Translations under genes and position numbers: made by a program
Part shown: in pieces, positions 12,591 through 23,465 of the stretch
Position numbering within the stretch: the stretch's first letter is position 1
Layout of the letters: the number at the start of each line of letters is the position of its first letter
Notes under the pieces: generated by a model
Seen by the model: only the letters and a program-made list of their open reading frames with translations
What the model was told of the DNA's origin: nothing
The model's database searches: none
From: Hormiphora californensis
Lineage: Eukaryota; Animalia; Ctenophora
DNA: 64,000 nucleotides
Direction: 5' to 3'
Assembly: GCA_020137815.1 (NCBI GenBank)
Contig: CM035360.1
Location: 5,580,001-5,644,000 of the forward strand

Positions 12591-15535
12591 TACATCTCAT
12601 CTCAACAATGTTCTTGATCGCTAGCTCTAACTCACCATACAACTGACACTGAGTGGGGATGATGTCATTACAACTGACACTGAGTGGGGATGATGTCATT
12701 AGTTAATTCACACTGATTTAGTTTAATTATTGAGTGGATCAGGACCACCGATGAATTGGATTGGGAATACCAAAGAGGGTTGGTATGTTCTAACGCAGTG
12801 AGAGAAGCAAGGCACCAAGTATGGTTGGTTAGGTGCTGAGAAACAAAATAATCTTAAACCTGATCTCTGAAACAAAATAATCTCAAACCTGATCTCTGAA
12901 GCAAAATAATCTCAAACCTGATCTCTGAAGTGTAACTTTCATCCTGTGCGCTGCTTCTTCATTCTTCACTGTTTTTTGGTAGCATCTGAAATTTGAGGGG
13001 TATAAAACACAGAACGTAGTATTATGCTCACTCATACATCAAAGTACAATACAATTCTTCGACCCACTTTTCAAGATGAGAGTGTAGAGATGCAATAGTT
13101 GAGTTATACCCTAAAACCTCGTCCGTTTTTGTCTTGGTCAGCTCAGCTAAAGTCTGCTGTGCTTTATCAATCTATCCAGGGAGAGAGAGGGTGTTAGACA
13201 TACAGTGTATAACTATAAATAAGAACGAGAATTTTACTGAACACACTTCTCTGTCACAAATTGTTACGTGCTGGGGGCATAGGTGAAATTAAATTCACTA
13301 TTATACCATTTCTTACCGAGTCATCTTTCTGTACTAGTTCCTGAAGAAGGGAGCTGTTGGCCTGTTCTAGTGTCTTGTACCTCCTAATCACACCTTTCAA
13401 CATGTTCTCACTGAGCTCCAAATACCCTGAAAATGTTACATGTTATATCTTTGAAACTTTGAATCATTGCCTGAGAAGTTGTCTAGCTCGACCCCCGTTT
13501 CGCGAGCTCCGCCCTTTACAAATGTAAAGGAGGGCTAGAACATAACAACCGAAAATAGCACACGGGACAGAGTTGATAGTTGAAACCCTTAATTATATAG
13601 ATATTATAAATAAAAGGGCTTTGAACGAATAATGTTCGGTGTGTGATGTGTGGATGAATACCTTCTGGGAGGATATCCACAACTTGCTGGATATATTTCT
13701 CAAACTTTTTATTCCTCTCAATACGTCGTATTAAATTCTTCTGCCTGAAACAATTTATCGTAGTTTATTCCATGAAACAAATCTTGTAAACAACGATTTA
13801 AATATTCGCTAAATTACCTGTTTTCTAATTCCCTGTATTTATCTTTCAGGCCGAGTAACTCATCCTCTCTAATTTTCTACGGGATAGAACACGGGATTGC
13901 AACATAATATATCTCCGGATAAAAATGATAATCTTCCTCAACTGCATATTTATATTAGGGTTGAAAAGAAGTGTTATACCTGTTGTTTTCGCTCATTTTG
14001 GAACTTTGCCAGCGCTCGTTGTCGTTTGACCTCATTTTCACGGACAAAACGATCAAACTTTTCCACCCGTTCTTTAATCTGAGAGAGAGAGAGAGGGGAT
14101 TTGAAGTTACGGTCTTTTGTGTTCACATGTGCTTACTTTACTTGTACTTGTGCCGTGTGCGAGTGTGAGGGACTTGATTTTTTTCTGAGAATTTGTACAG
14201 TATATTTATTAGAAGATTGCTAAAATTGTGTGTTATCTTTTAATGCTCCTGGCTGTCCCTTCCCAAAGCCATTCGTTCGAAATTCCAATCCATTGAAGGG
14301 ACAGCCAGGTGTTGTGTGTTTTGGTGGTGAAGAAATAGAAAGAGCTATTTTGGAGAATCAGATCCGGCATTAGCATGTGAGTGAGACCAGCATGGTTCAC
14401 TGCGCGCCATACACCCGATACAGCAGTTGTGTGCTTTCTTCACAACAACACTTATCGAATTGCGCGCGCGGTGTGCTGTGGGTAAAATGTGTGCCGCGTC
14501 GTCAAGCAGTGTCGCCATACACATCACAAAGTGCAACTCGGCCATTCATTTGTAAATCAATTGAATATTGTTAAAAATTGAGATTTAGCCACCGCGGTTA
14601 ACTCATATTGTTACTTGTAAACAACGTAGTCTGTCGCTTGTAAAAAGTCTGTCGACTCAGAATCAGATGCAAAGACGTATGTCTAAATCTCTCACCCTGC
14701 TGGTGAGTGGCGTGAATATATGGTGAGTGATTATACACCTAGTACTATAACACTTCAACTGTTTAAAGACTGAAGAGTAATCACTACAAGATGTCAAGAT
14801 ATCAATTACATACATCTGTATCATGATTCCTCCTATAGTAACACGAACTATTAAACCCTCGTCCCCTCCTACCGAGTCTAGACCATATGGTTACCATGGC
14901 AACAACTCACCTTCTTCTGTTCCGCACGGAGCTCATTTTGCTTCAACATACACCGCTCCATCCGTATTGCAAAGTCCCTCCGTTTGGATTCCAGTTCCTA
15001 ATTACAAAGAGGAGGGTGTGGGGTGTATTATAGCTGATAAGTACCTACTGATATGCCTAGCTAGGCAAATTGATTTCTTGTAAAAACTTAACCTGGGACA
15101 TTCTAAAGAATTCTCTCGGAAAGGAAGAACAATATAACATACCCTTATTCCAAATAAAATATAAGCTCTTATAATTGATAGCTATTATAAACTCTGAGTT
15201 CACTACACTAACAGGAAATTGAGTCTAATATAATCTTGAGACCTGAGTGCTGAGTAGTAGTATACATATTCTAGTCTGGACACCTGCATACCTGGTCAAC
15301 TGAAACTAACTCCTGCTGTCTCTGTAGGAGGAGGGTACTCTGTAGCGTTTTCGTGCCATCTTTTACTAGAGCCCACCCGTTCTGAAATACCGGATCATAA
15401 ACAATACTATTCTGCCCCTTTATCGACTATTGCTGACCACGGGCAAACTAAAGTCACTAAATTGTTCCTATTCATCTCCTAACTCTTACCTCTTCAACCA
15501 CGGGGAATTTTCTAACGTCTTCCTCTTCTTCATCT
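12590..15535 (-). CDS. CCDC42/CCDC197/CFAP73-family (DUF4200) coiled-coil protein, multi-exon, both ends uncertain
   Basis: Exons read DEEEEDVRKFPVVEE (15535-15490), NGWALVKDGTKTLQSTLLLQRQQELVSVDQ (15381-15292), ELESKRRDFAIRMERCMLKQNELRAEQKK (14997-14911), IKERVEKFDRFVRENEVKRQRALAKF, NKKFEKYIQQVVD, VIRRYKTL, VLGYNSTIASL and LYGELELAIKNI. Confidence 0.75.
14890..14903. promoter_or_regulatory. RFX X-box GTTACCATGGCAAC in an intron of the CCDC42-family gene
   Basis: Near-perfect palindromic X-box. RFX factors regulate ciliary genes. Function here is inferred. Confidence 0.5.
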
Positions 15536-16071
15536 CTGTAACGGTAATACTTGTAAACGTTTTAAACCAAATAGTCGTGTCAGATATATTCGAATTCATT
15601 TTCATTGATGATATGGCTCCAAATAATGTGGCATGGTTTTGACTTTATATTTAAGCTTATGAAAGCGTGAGGTCTTGTTCAAAACATCCTTTCAGATTCA
15701 TCAATCAAGGTGAAGAAAGATGAAAAGTGAGATGGAAGATAACAAATAGAAGATATGATCTAATTGACCCCCTACTGTAGAACTGCAGTTGATAGCGACA
15801 CACATATCCTGACTGATACAGTTGTGACAATGTGTTGTCACACGTACCTACCACCATAGTGCTATATCATGTATCATACATTATAGAGTCCTTACTTGAA
15901 TTTTCTATTTCAGTATTTCATAGTGGAAAATATGAAGCAAATGTTATACGGTACGCATGCATATACTCATTTTAACAGAGACCGAGGAATCATTTGTACA
16001 GAAGCGTATATTTTAGCTTTCTCCCTTTTTCTCTTTCTGTCTCCCCTTTCTGATCTCTCTTCTCTCTCTCC

Positions 16072-16133
<62 letters not shown>

Positions 16134-16138
16134 CCACA

Positions 16139-16177
<39 letters not shown>

Positions 16178-17099
16178 AGCAAAAAGCACGTAGAGAAAAT
16201 TGCTTGTCAGAGTCCAGCAGGCATTCGCAAGCATGGTCCAGTAACATTGTGTGTGTAGGTGTGTTCAGTGCAGTGTAACACTGTGGGTGTCGTCCTGTAG
16301 TGATCTCCAAAGAAAGTCCAAATAAAAAGGAATGAAATTATTTGGCTACTTGGTGCAGGAGGTGAATATATTTGAGTGGAGAAGCCGGAAAGATGACAGG
16401 TGTAACCTGTCAGACCAATGCTCTGACCATGACAGTTCTTGAGCGCGAGAAATGAGAATAGGGTCAGGCCAATGCTCTGACAGGGTGTAACGTCTAACGA
16501 ATCTCCCTGAGCTATAAAGAGCCCCCCCCCCCCTGATATCTGTCAGACCAATGCTCTGACCGCAGTTCTCGCACGCTCCGAGAATAGGGTCAGGCCAATG
16601 CTCTGACAGCCCAATATGCTTCTAGGAGGGGTTGCATTGGTTGACAGCCTGGTATTGTATTCGAAATATCATACATCCAGGGGCCTCTATAAAGCTCATA
16701 ATATCAGAGACTCGACTCATCCTTTCTATTACACTTACGGTTCCCCAAGTTGAGTCACGAATACATTCTTTTTCTGATTAAACTGAAGTTTTTGTCCAGG
16801 GAGAGAAGACATCAACACAGTAGTATACTTGTTGTATAGAACCTATATTTGAAGTTTATCGAGTTAGTTGCAAAACATCATATGACGTATGACTTCAAAC
16901 CTTTTTGGGTGCGGGGCAACAGGGTCGAGCAAGGCAACATGACCTGGCAAACTAGAAAAACGAAAAAATAAAGAACAAAATATGCCAGAATACATCCTTC
17001 CGGTGAATTGGGTCTGGTAAATCGGGGTACGACTGTATAACATCATCCCACTCTAACATCATTCAAAAGTGTAAAAGTTAATATATTTCAAAGCCCGTG

Positions 17100-17895
17100 A
17101 TGCATGATGACCCCGACTGTAATGAAAAGGTACCAAACCAATCGAATCTCAAGGCACTTTATCAGTTGATCATTTTACGGGTATTGTTTTGGAGAAGGCT
17201 GCGTTTTTCTTTGGGAGAACCCCGGACAGAAAGGAAAAACGGTACCGGGACAAAGCCAGTCTCATTGTCCATTGATTGGTTGATAATGGCGATTGAAAGT
17301 CTATTTCCTGAATTTTTTAGGCATGCGAGAAAGACTATGTGATAAAAAGTTGTGAGAAATCCAGGTTCAATTGTGCAAGTTGTGGGGCAGAGAGCCATAA
17401 TTGCATCTTTTCCAGCTGCAGCAACCGCTGTGCTCTGTTCCAGGTTTCAAGTGGATTTGTCACATGTTTTGCAAGAAACTCACACTGGAAAAATGTGTGG
17501 GTTCCAGTGGGGAGTTAGCCCTCCTAAGAGTGCAGCAAGTGAGGCTTCGGATGACGCCCTAAGGAGGAGGTTCGGCTTTTTGTCAGAGGTTGGAGACACC
17601 AAACCAGAGAAACAGCAGCAGCCACCCTGTCAGAAAATCAACAGTGTGAAGGAGACTGATGAGGAAGAGAAGAAGGACTATGATAAGCCGATCTCGATGT
17701 GCCAACACTACCTACAAAATTGGTGCAAGTACGGCCGCTATACGGAACGAAGAAGATCGACGGAGTTTCATGCCAGAAGGCACATCCTCCAACGTGCCGG
17801 AGATACTGTTCCCATGGGTCGATGAAGAAATACGGCTGTCAGCTGGGAAAAGAGTGTCGATATTACCATCCATTTATCTGCCACTCTTCTCAGTT
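17100..17895 (+). pseudogene. Decayed PHD-like + CCCH zinc-finger ORF, probably ORF1 of a non-LTR retrotransposon
   Basis: Across frameshifts it reads IMAIESLFPE..CEKDY..RFNCASCGAESHNC..GFKWICH, then CQHYLQNWCKYG..SCQKAHPPTCRRYCSHG..GCQLGKECRYYHP. It is intronless with stops. Confidence 0.55.
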
Positions 17896-18104
17896 TATGC
17901 TCTCTTTTCGGAGCGTGTTCGTCTAGACATTGCGCGTCGCGGGTGAACGAGCTAACCCGGGTGAACGAGCTAACAATAGTGAACTTCCATGCGATATAGT
18001 ACATCGCGCGCATGTAATTGCACTATTGTTAGCTTGTTCACCCGGGTTTGGTACAGCCCGCGACGTGCAATGTCGAGACGAACACGTTCCGAAAATGCAG
18101 TATA
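17895..18104. mobile_element. Palindromic MITE-like element truncating the ORF1 remnant
   Basis: TTTTCGGAGCGTGTTCGTCTAGACATTGCGCGTCGCGGG pairs with CCCGCGACGTGCAATGTCGAGACGAACACGTTCCGAAAA. The inner arms are also complementary. Confidence 0.7.
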
Positions 18105-18788
18105 AGGCACGAATTGGCATATTTATGTTACAGACGCATAGGGCGAAGTTGGCAAACGCAGCGCTTTTCAAGGGGCGAAGCTGAGCCCCCGGCCCAGCGT
18201 GTCCCTTTGTGTTCAGGAGCGGGCCTTTGGCGGCAACCAAAGCCAGCACTGGGTGTGAAAAACCTCAGAAGCACTGTCCAGGGGCGCAGCCCGGTAGATT
18301 CACGCGAGCCTGGCCCAGGACAGAGCAAAAAATCGTCTTGGCGAACGCTGCTGGCCCCTGATAGCGCGGGATAAGGCAGCGCTTTTCAAAAAATCGTCAT
18401 CCTTTTTTTGATTTTTTTAAAACGTGTTTAAAGTCGGATTTTTTGAAGTTGTCACCCCAAAATGACCGCGCGTGTGAAATTTATCAATTTTGACGCGCAC
18501 ACCACACGTTAACATGTGATGTGACGCGCAAAAACATTCCGCGCACGAGAAGGGGGGTGACAACTTCAAAAAATCCGACTTTATAAAATATTTCACACAT
18601 TTTGATTTTGGCTTCATTGCAATCAAAAATGTAGCGCGCTAAAACAGTTTTTGTATTGTCGGCCGTTTACGCCGCGCGATATTAAATTATTTGGCTCCAA
18701 CAAAAATTTGAGTTCCCAGTTTTTTCAAAAAGTAAAGTCGGATTTTTTGAAACTGTTGCCCCCCTTTTCACGCAAAATTTGTCATATC

Positions 18789-18894
18789 TCCGGTTCCTGA
18801 TAAGATAGAGACTTGAAATTTGGAGGTTCGGAAGAACCTAGCATGATCTTCATAACCTCCAAATTTCAAGTCTCTATCTTATCAGGAACCGGAG
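18789..18894. repeat. ~40-bp-arm inverted repeat inside a decayed DNA element (~18390-19180)
   Basis: CTCCGGTTCCTGATAAGATAGAGACTTGAAATTTGGAGGTT and its reverse complement. AAATCCGACT/AGTCGGATTT motifs recur around it and at 20625-20705. Confidence 0.75.
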
Positions 18895-19239
18895 TTACGC
18901 TCCAGTTGCAGATTGGAAACTGGCACCAGGATTGGAAACTGGCACCAGGAGTTAGCTGGGAGAATCCTTACGAACCATGCTGCGCGCGACATCTTCGATG
19001 ACTAGCATGGATTTCGATGTGAATTGCATTGAAAGTAGCGCGCGCGACAGTGTCAGCAGTGTCAGCAGTTCTCTGGCATCAAGAACCTGGCTCCAGTAGT
19101 AAAATCTCTAACTGGGCCCTTAAGGTCATTTTAAGAAATTTTAAAACTCTAAAAAACGACAGTTATTTAAAATCCGACTATATGCCAGTTTGTTTATAAA
19201 ATTCAGTGAAGATTTTCTCGTTTTCAAAGGGCAGCTTCT

Positions 19240-19281
19240 CATTGGTTCACTAGCTTCAAAGAATCCAACCCTGTATAAATA
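19240..19281 (+). promoter_or_regulatory. H2B promoter: inverted CCAAT (ATTGG) and TATA box (TATAAATA)
   Basis: ATTGG at 19241 and TATAAATA at 19274, ~70 bp before the ATG. Confidence 0.6.
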
Positions 19282-19347
19282 ACACGAGGTTGACCTTGTG
19301 ACCACTCGACAACTCACTGCAGCTACATACCCAAGTAATCTTTGAAG

Positions 19348-19776
19348 ATGCCCCCTGTTTCTAAAAAGAAAGCCGAGAAGAGGGCAGGCAAGAAGGCCGG
19401 CCGTGTCGGAGGAGACAAGAAGCGAAAGAAGAAGAGAAAGGAATCATACTCCATCTACATCTACAAGGTCCTCAAGCAGGTCCACCCCGACACTGGAATC
19501 AGCTCCAAGGCTATGTCCATCATGAACTCTTTCGTGAACGACATCTTTGAGAGGATCGCCGGAGAGGCCTCTCGACTGGGACACTACAACAAGCGCAAGA
19601 CCATCTCATCCAGAGAGGTCCAGACTGCCGTGAAGCTGCTTTTGCCTGGTGAGCTAGCCAAGCACGCCGTGTCTGAAGGAAACAAAGCATTTGGCGGCAA
19701 ATATCACGCCTCATTCTCCAAATTCGGTGTTGTTATGACTGAGTTACCCTGGTCGGGAAACTTTCCCGACCACTAA
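19348..19776 (+). CDS. H2B: Histone H2B, intronless, with a divergent and extended C-terminus
   Basis: [63 protein letters not shown] is the canonical H2B core. Confidence 0.97.
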   Translation: MPPVSKKKAEKRAGKKAGRVGGDKKRKKKRKESYSIYIYKVLKQVHPDTGISSKAMSIMNSFVNDIFERIAGEASRLGHYNKRKTISSREVQTAVKLLLPGELAKHAVSEGNKAFGGKYHASFSKFGVVMTELPWSGNFPDH

Positions 19777-20150
19777 AGTGCACTAGTGAAGAGAGGGAGG
19801 GAGATGTGAGAAAGAGAAAAAGACTCCTGAGTCAGGAGTCCTGACTCATGGCTGAGATAGACTGAATCATATTGTGAGAGATGGAGACTTAGTGTAGTTA
19901 GACATGAGAAGGAATGAAAGGTGGACAATATGAATATTATGTCGTGATTTCGGCGATTAAATGTTTCTTAGCGGGTTGATTGGTTTGAAAACTACATGAT
20001 CCTTGAATATATTGATAAGGCTTATTCCATGTAAATCTAGGCGGCCAGACGTCATTGCACAGCTTTAAAAGTTGCCGATATCCCCTCAAAAGCTGTTTAA
20101 GTTACTCGCGGAGAAGTGTTCATGAACAAACAACTCAATTTACTGTTTAG

Positions 20151-21696
20151 ATGGACAAGGAGAGTATCGACCGTCATCTGTCCATGTGGAATAGTACAAA
20201 CAGGAGGAAATCATTTAAGAAGTGGCCCCACAAGGCACGGTCAACGTGTGCTGTAGCAAAGGTACGACAATTTGATTGCCCAGATTATAAATCTGTTAGT
20301 GTAAATTCAGATTCAATAATAGCGTAGGCATTTTCTAGCAAAAGATATCTATTCATTCCCCTCAGCTTGAATACACTGTTTCAGATACAGCGATATTATA
20401 TTATTCTCCTATTTTTGCTCACAAAATGGAGTATTGTATAGAATCAATAATAATAATAATCCTTTCTCGCTCAGATGGTGGCAGCAGGATTTTACCACGT
20501 TTCAGATGATCCAATAGAGATGGATACTGTTCGGTGTTTTTACTGCTGCAGAACTATCTGCGGGTTCGAGGAGGGCGATGATCCTGTGTAAGTAGTGATT
20601 TATTGAAAGAGGGAGGGGAGAGGGAGTCGGATTTTTGAAGTTGTGAGCTAAACTTGTGTTCGTGTGATATTTATTATTGACCACATGTGTGACAACTTCA
20701 AAAAACTTTACGATCTCTGTTTGTCTGATAGTGACATTTGTAACACAAGGTAGTTGGAATAGAGAAAGGGCTAGAAAGATGACTGACACCTGAGAATGAC
20801 CTTCCAGGTGTTCCCTCTTATCTTGTTATATTTCGAGTGATTATCTCGTGTTTGATTGGTTGTCTCTCCCTCTCTCTCAATCTCTCCGCTCTCATTCCCC
20901 CTCTTTTTCTTTTCTTTCTTTTCCCTTATTATGGGATAAGGGATTACATCCCTTCAAAAAGGAACGAGCACCACTTTTTTAGTAAGCTGAATACTATCCC
21001 ATTCCGCCTCTAACCAGTAAATATTCCCACCCCAATGTTATACAATTGTCTCTCCCCTAGGCACGAGCACGTGAGAGGCTCTCCAGACTGTAAATACTCT
21101 AGTTACGATGATGAATCCCACCTTTCCCTGACACTCTTCCAGTACACAGAGATGGAAACGGAACGCCGCAATCACTATATCGTATGTTGTTGTCAAATAT
21201 AATTTACCTAGTTAATTAATTAATTAATTTGTTTGAGCATGGCCCTCTCTCCTCACATTACTACCTGCACTATCACATGATTTCAGAGTTTTATGAGAGT
21301 CTCTGAACCGCACTCGTCCTCCTCCAATTTCTCCCCCGAGCACGTGAATGAGAGTCCGGGTTTGAAAAAAGTGCGACTATCCCTCTCGCGAAATACGTGT
21401 CACCTTTTCAAGAAAGCTGAAAGTATAGCCCGACCCCCGGCCCCATTTGAGGCGGAACGAATTCCCACTAAGAGTGTTCTTAAAACGCCCGAGCAGGTAG
21501 TAATTGAGGAGAGAGGGGAGAGGTTTTTTTGCAGCTAACGTATAAAGTCTCTTCTTCATTTTTATCTCCGGTCTATAAAAAATCCTATGTTTTTTTTCAG
21601 AAATATCAAACACAAGAGGAGATCAAGAGACAAGTGAACGAGAAAGAGTTTCTCTACGAGACACTGAAAGAAAACATTGAAAATTTCAAGGTCTAA
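20151..21696 (+). CDS. BIRC5: Survivin/BIRC5-like single-BIR protein; exons 20151-20261, 20475-20587, 21061-21181, [21287-21496 possible cassette], 21601-21696
   Basis: RRKSFKKWP..MVAAGFYH..DTVRCFYCCRTICGFEEGDDPVHEHVRGSPDC carries the BIR Cx2C..H..C ligands. It is followed by the helical tail LTLFQYTEMETERRNHYI|KYQTQEEIKR. Confidence 0.85.
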
Positions 21697-22286
21697 AATC
21701 TCAAGCAAGACTGTTTATTAATCGCAAGTGATGTATAACATTCCACCATTACTTAGATTATTGTAAAAACTAAAGTGATATAGATCTTCGAATGAGAGAG
21801 AAAGTGTACTTTTGACGTAGCAGGAAACTTATTTTTATGCTTTGTAATTTATTATTATTATTTTAAACGAATCTCACGATCCATTGGTGAGATATATGGA
21901 AATGTTTTATTTGAATGCCAGAACAATATTAGTACGCATTGTTAATTCTTATCATATCAATACCGTGTTAGAGTTTAAGGTCGTCGATGATTTTCAAAGT
22001 TACTGGAAATATTCGCTATATTATATTACAGCCAGACTGGCGGCTTCCTGACCCATGAAACCTGGCATAATGTCCCTTTCTCACACTCCGATAAAATATA
22101 TTTTGACCAGCTTGAGTTTAATTGTCACTGTACTGGAGAGAGAATTATACCCCCCAAATCCCAGCAGAATGTTAACGTTCCTAATTCCTTCTAGAACAAG
22201 GCTATCTGCTATAACGTTCCCGTTACAAATACACACACAAATTTATACGACTTCCTAATTACTACTCACCGCTTGTTTCTAGTATC

Positions 22287-23027
22287 ATGTGTGATGACGC
22301 CCTACCCGAGGAGATGGTTGCCACATTCCACGAATTCCACAACTCCCTGTCGTCAATGGAGGGAATGTTAGCACCATACCTGGACCTGCCTCTAGATGAG
22401 ATGTATGAGGCATTGAGTCCAATTGAGCAGGCAAAATCTGAACTAGTTACAGCGTACACAGTCAACTCACTTTACTGGGGATTCCTTACCACTCAGGTCG
22501 GACCCCGATTTACCGGAACCCCGATTTACCGGGAGGGACTGGTAGTTAGTTGAATCTTATAAGAAACTAATTAGTAATTATCTCATCTGCACTCTGCGAT
22601 TGCCGATTCTTTCTCTCTCTCTCTCTCTCTCTCTTCCTACCTTGTTTTCTGATTCCCATTATATTCTTGTTCAGGGTGTCACGCTAGACCAGCATCCCCT
22701 CAAGAAAGAGATGGACAGAATACAGAAGTATATGAGGAAGGTGAAGTTGTTAGAGAGTGAGATGGCTGGAGTGAGGCCCCCAACAGGGCACAACCCTCCA
22801 ACACACCAGACCATTGATAAATATGCCGCTGCTAGGTTTATCAAGAGGGGCATTCAAAAGGTATAATGCTTTCCAGTCGAGTCTCTTTGCTTTATCATTT
22901 TATGCATGTCATATACCGTGAAATAACGTGAAATACATAATTAAACAGGAAATGATTTCTAAACTTAACAACCTTTCAGGAAGAAAGTTTGAAAGAAAAA
23001 CAGGAGAGAGAAGCAGAAAAGAGGTGA
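22287..23027 (+). CDS. C1D: C1D (Rrp47) nuclear nucleic-acid-binding protein; exons 22287-22496, 22675-22860, 22980-23027
   Basis: [59 protein letters not shown] is the Sas10/C1D signature. Confidence 0.9.
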
Positions 23028-23216
23028 CGAGATGGGAATAAAAAGGTCCCAATCCCGAATTTAATTAAGTTGTTAATTTATTGTGTTCATCTTAGCAGAC
23101 ATTTTATCGACATGTTTTAAGCTTGCGTATTTTGTTCCCATATAATATAAATGAAGGATGCGTTATCTGAAATAACTTATCTCTCACCGAATTCTCTCGA
23201 ACCTCGAACTTGCTCG

Positions 23217-23249
<33 letters not shown>

Positions 23250-23340
23250 CGCTCTCCTCTCTATGTTGAGGGATGGATAACCAAACCCTTCGTTGGAATA
23301 CCCTTCTTGCGCCTCTTTACCCTATCTTTATCTCTCCTTT

Positions 23341-23372
<32 letters not shown>

Positions 23373-23465
23373 TCTTTCTCTCCCTCTCTCTCTATTCATC
23401 TCTCCTTTTCCAACGTAAAAGAGAGGGAGAGAGAATCAGCTCACCAAACTACCTCAGTAGGAAGT

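Noticed and set aside
16405-16610. Repeated CTGTCAGACCAATGCTCTGAC motif (related pieces at ~38450, 46600-46815 and 52490)
   Set aside because: It looks like fragments of a dispersed repeat, but ends and TSD could not be defined.
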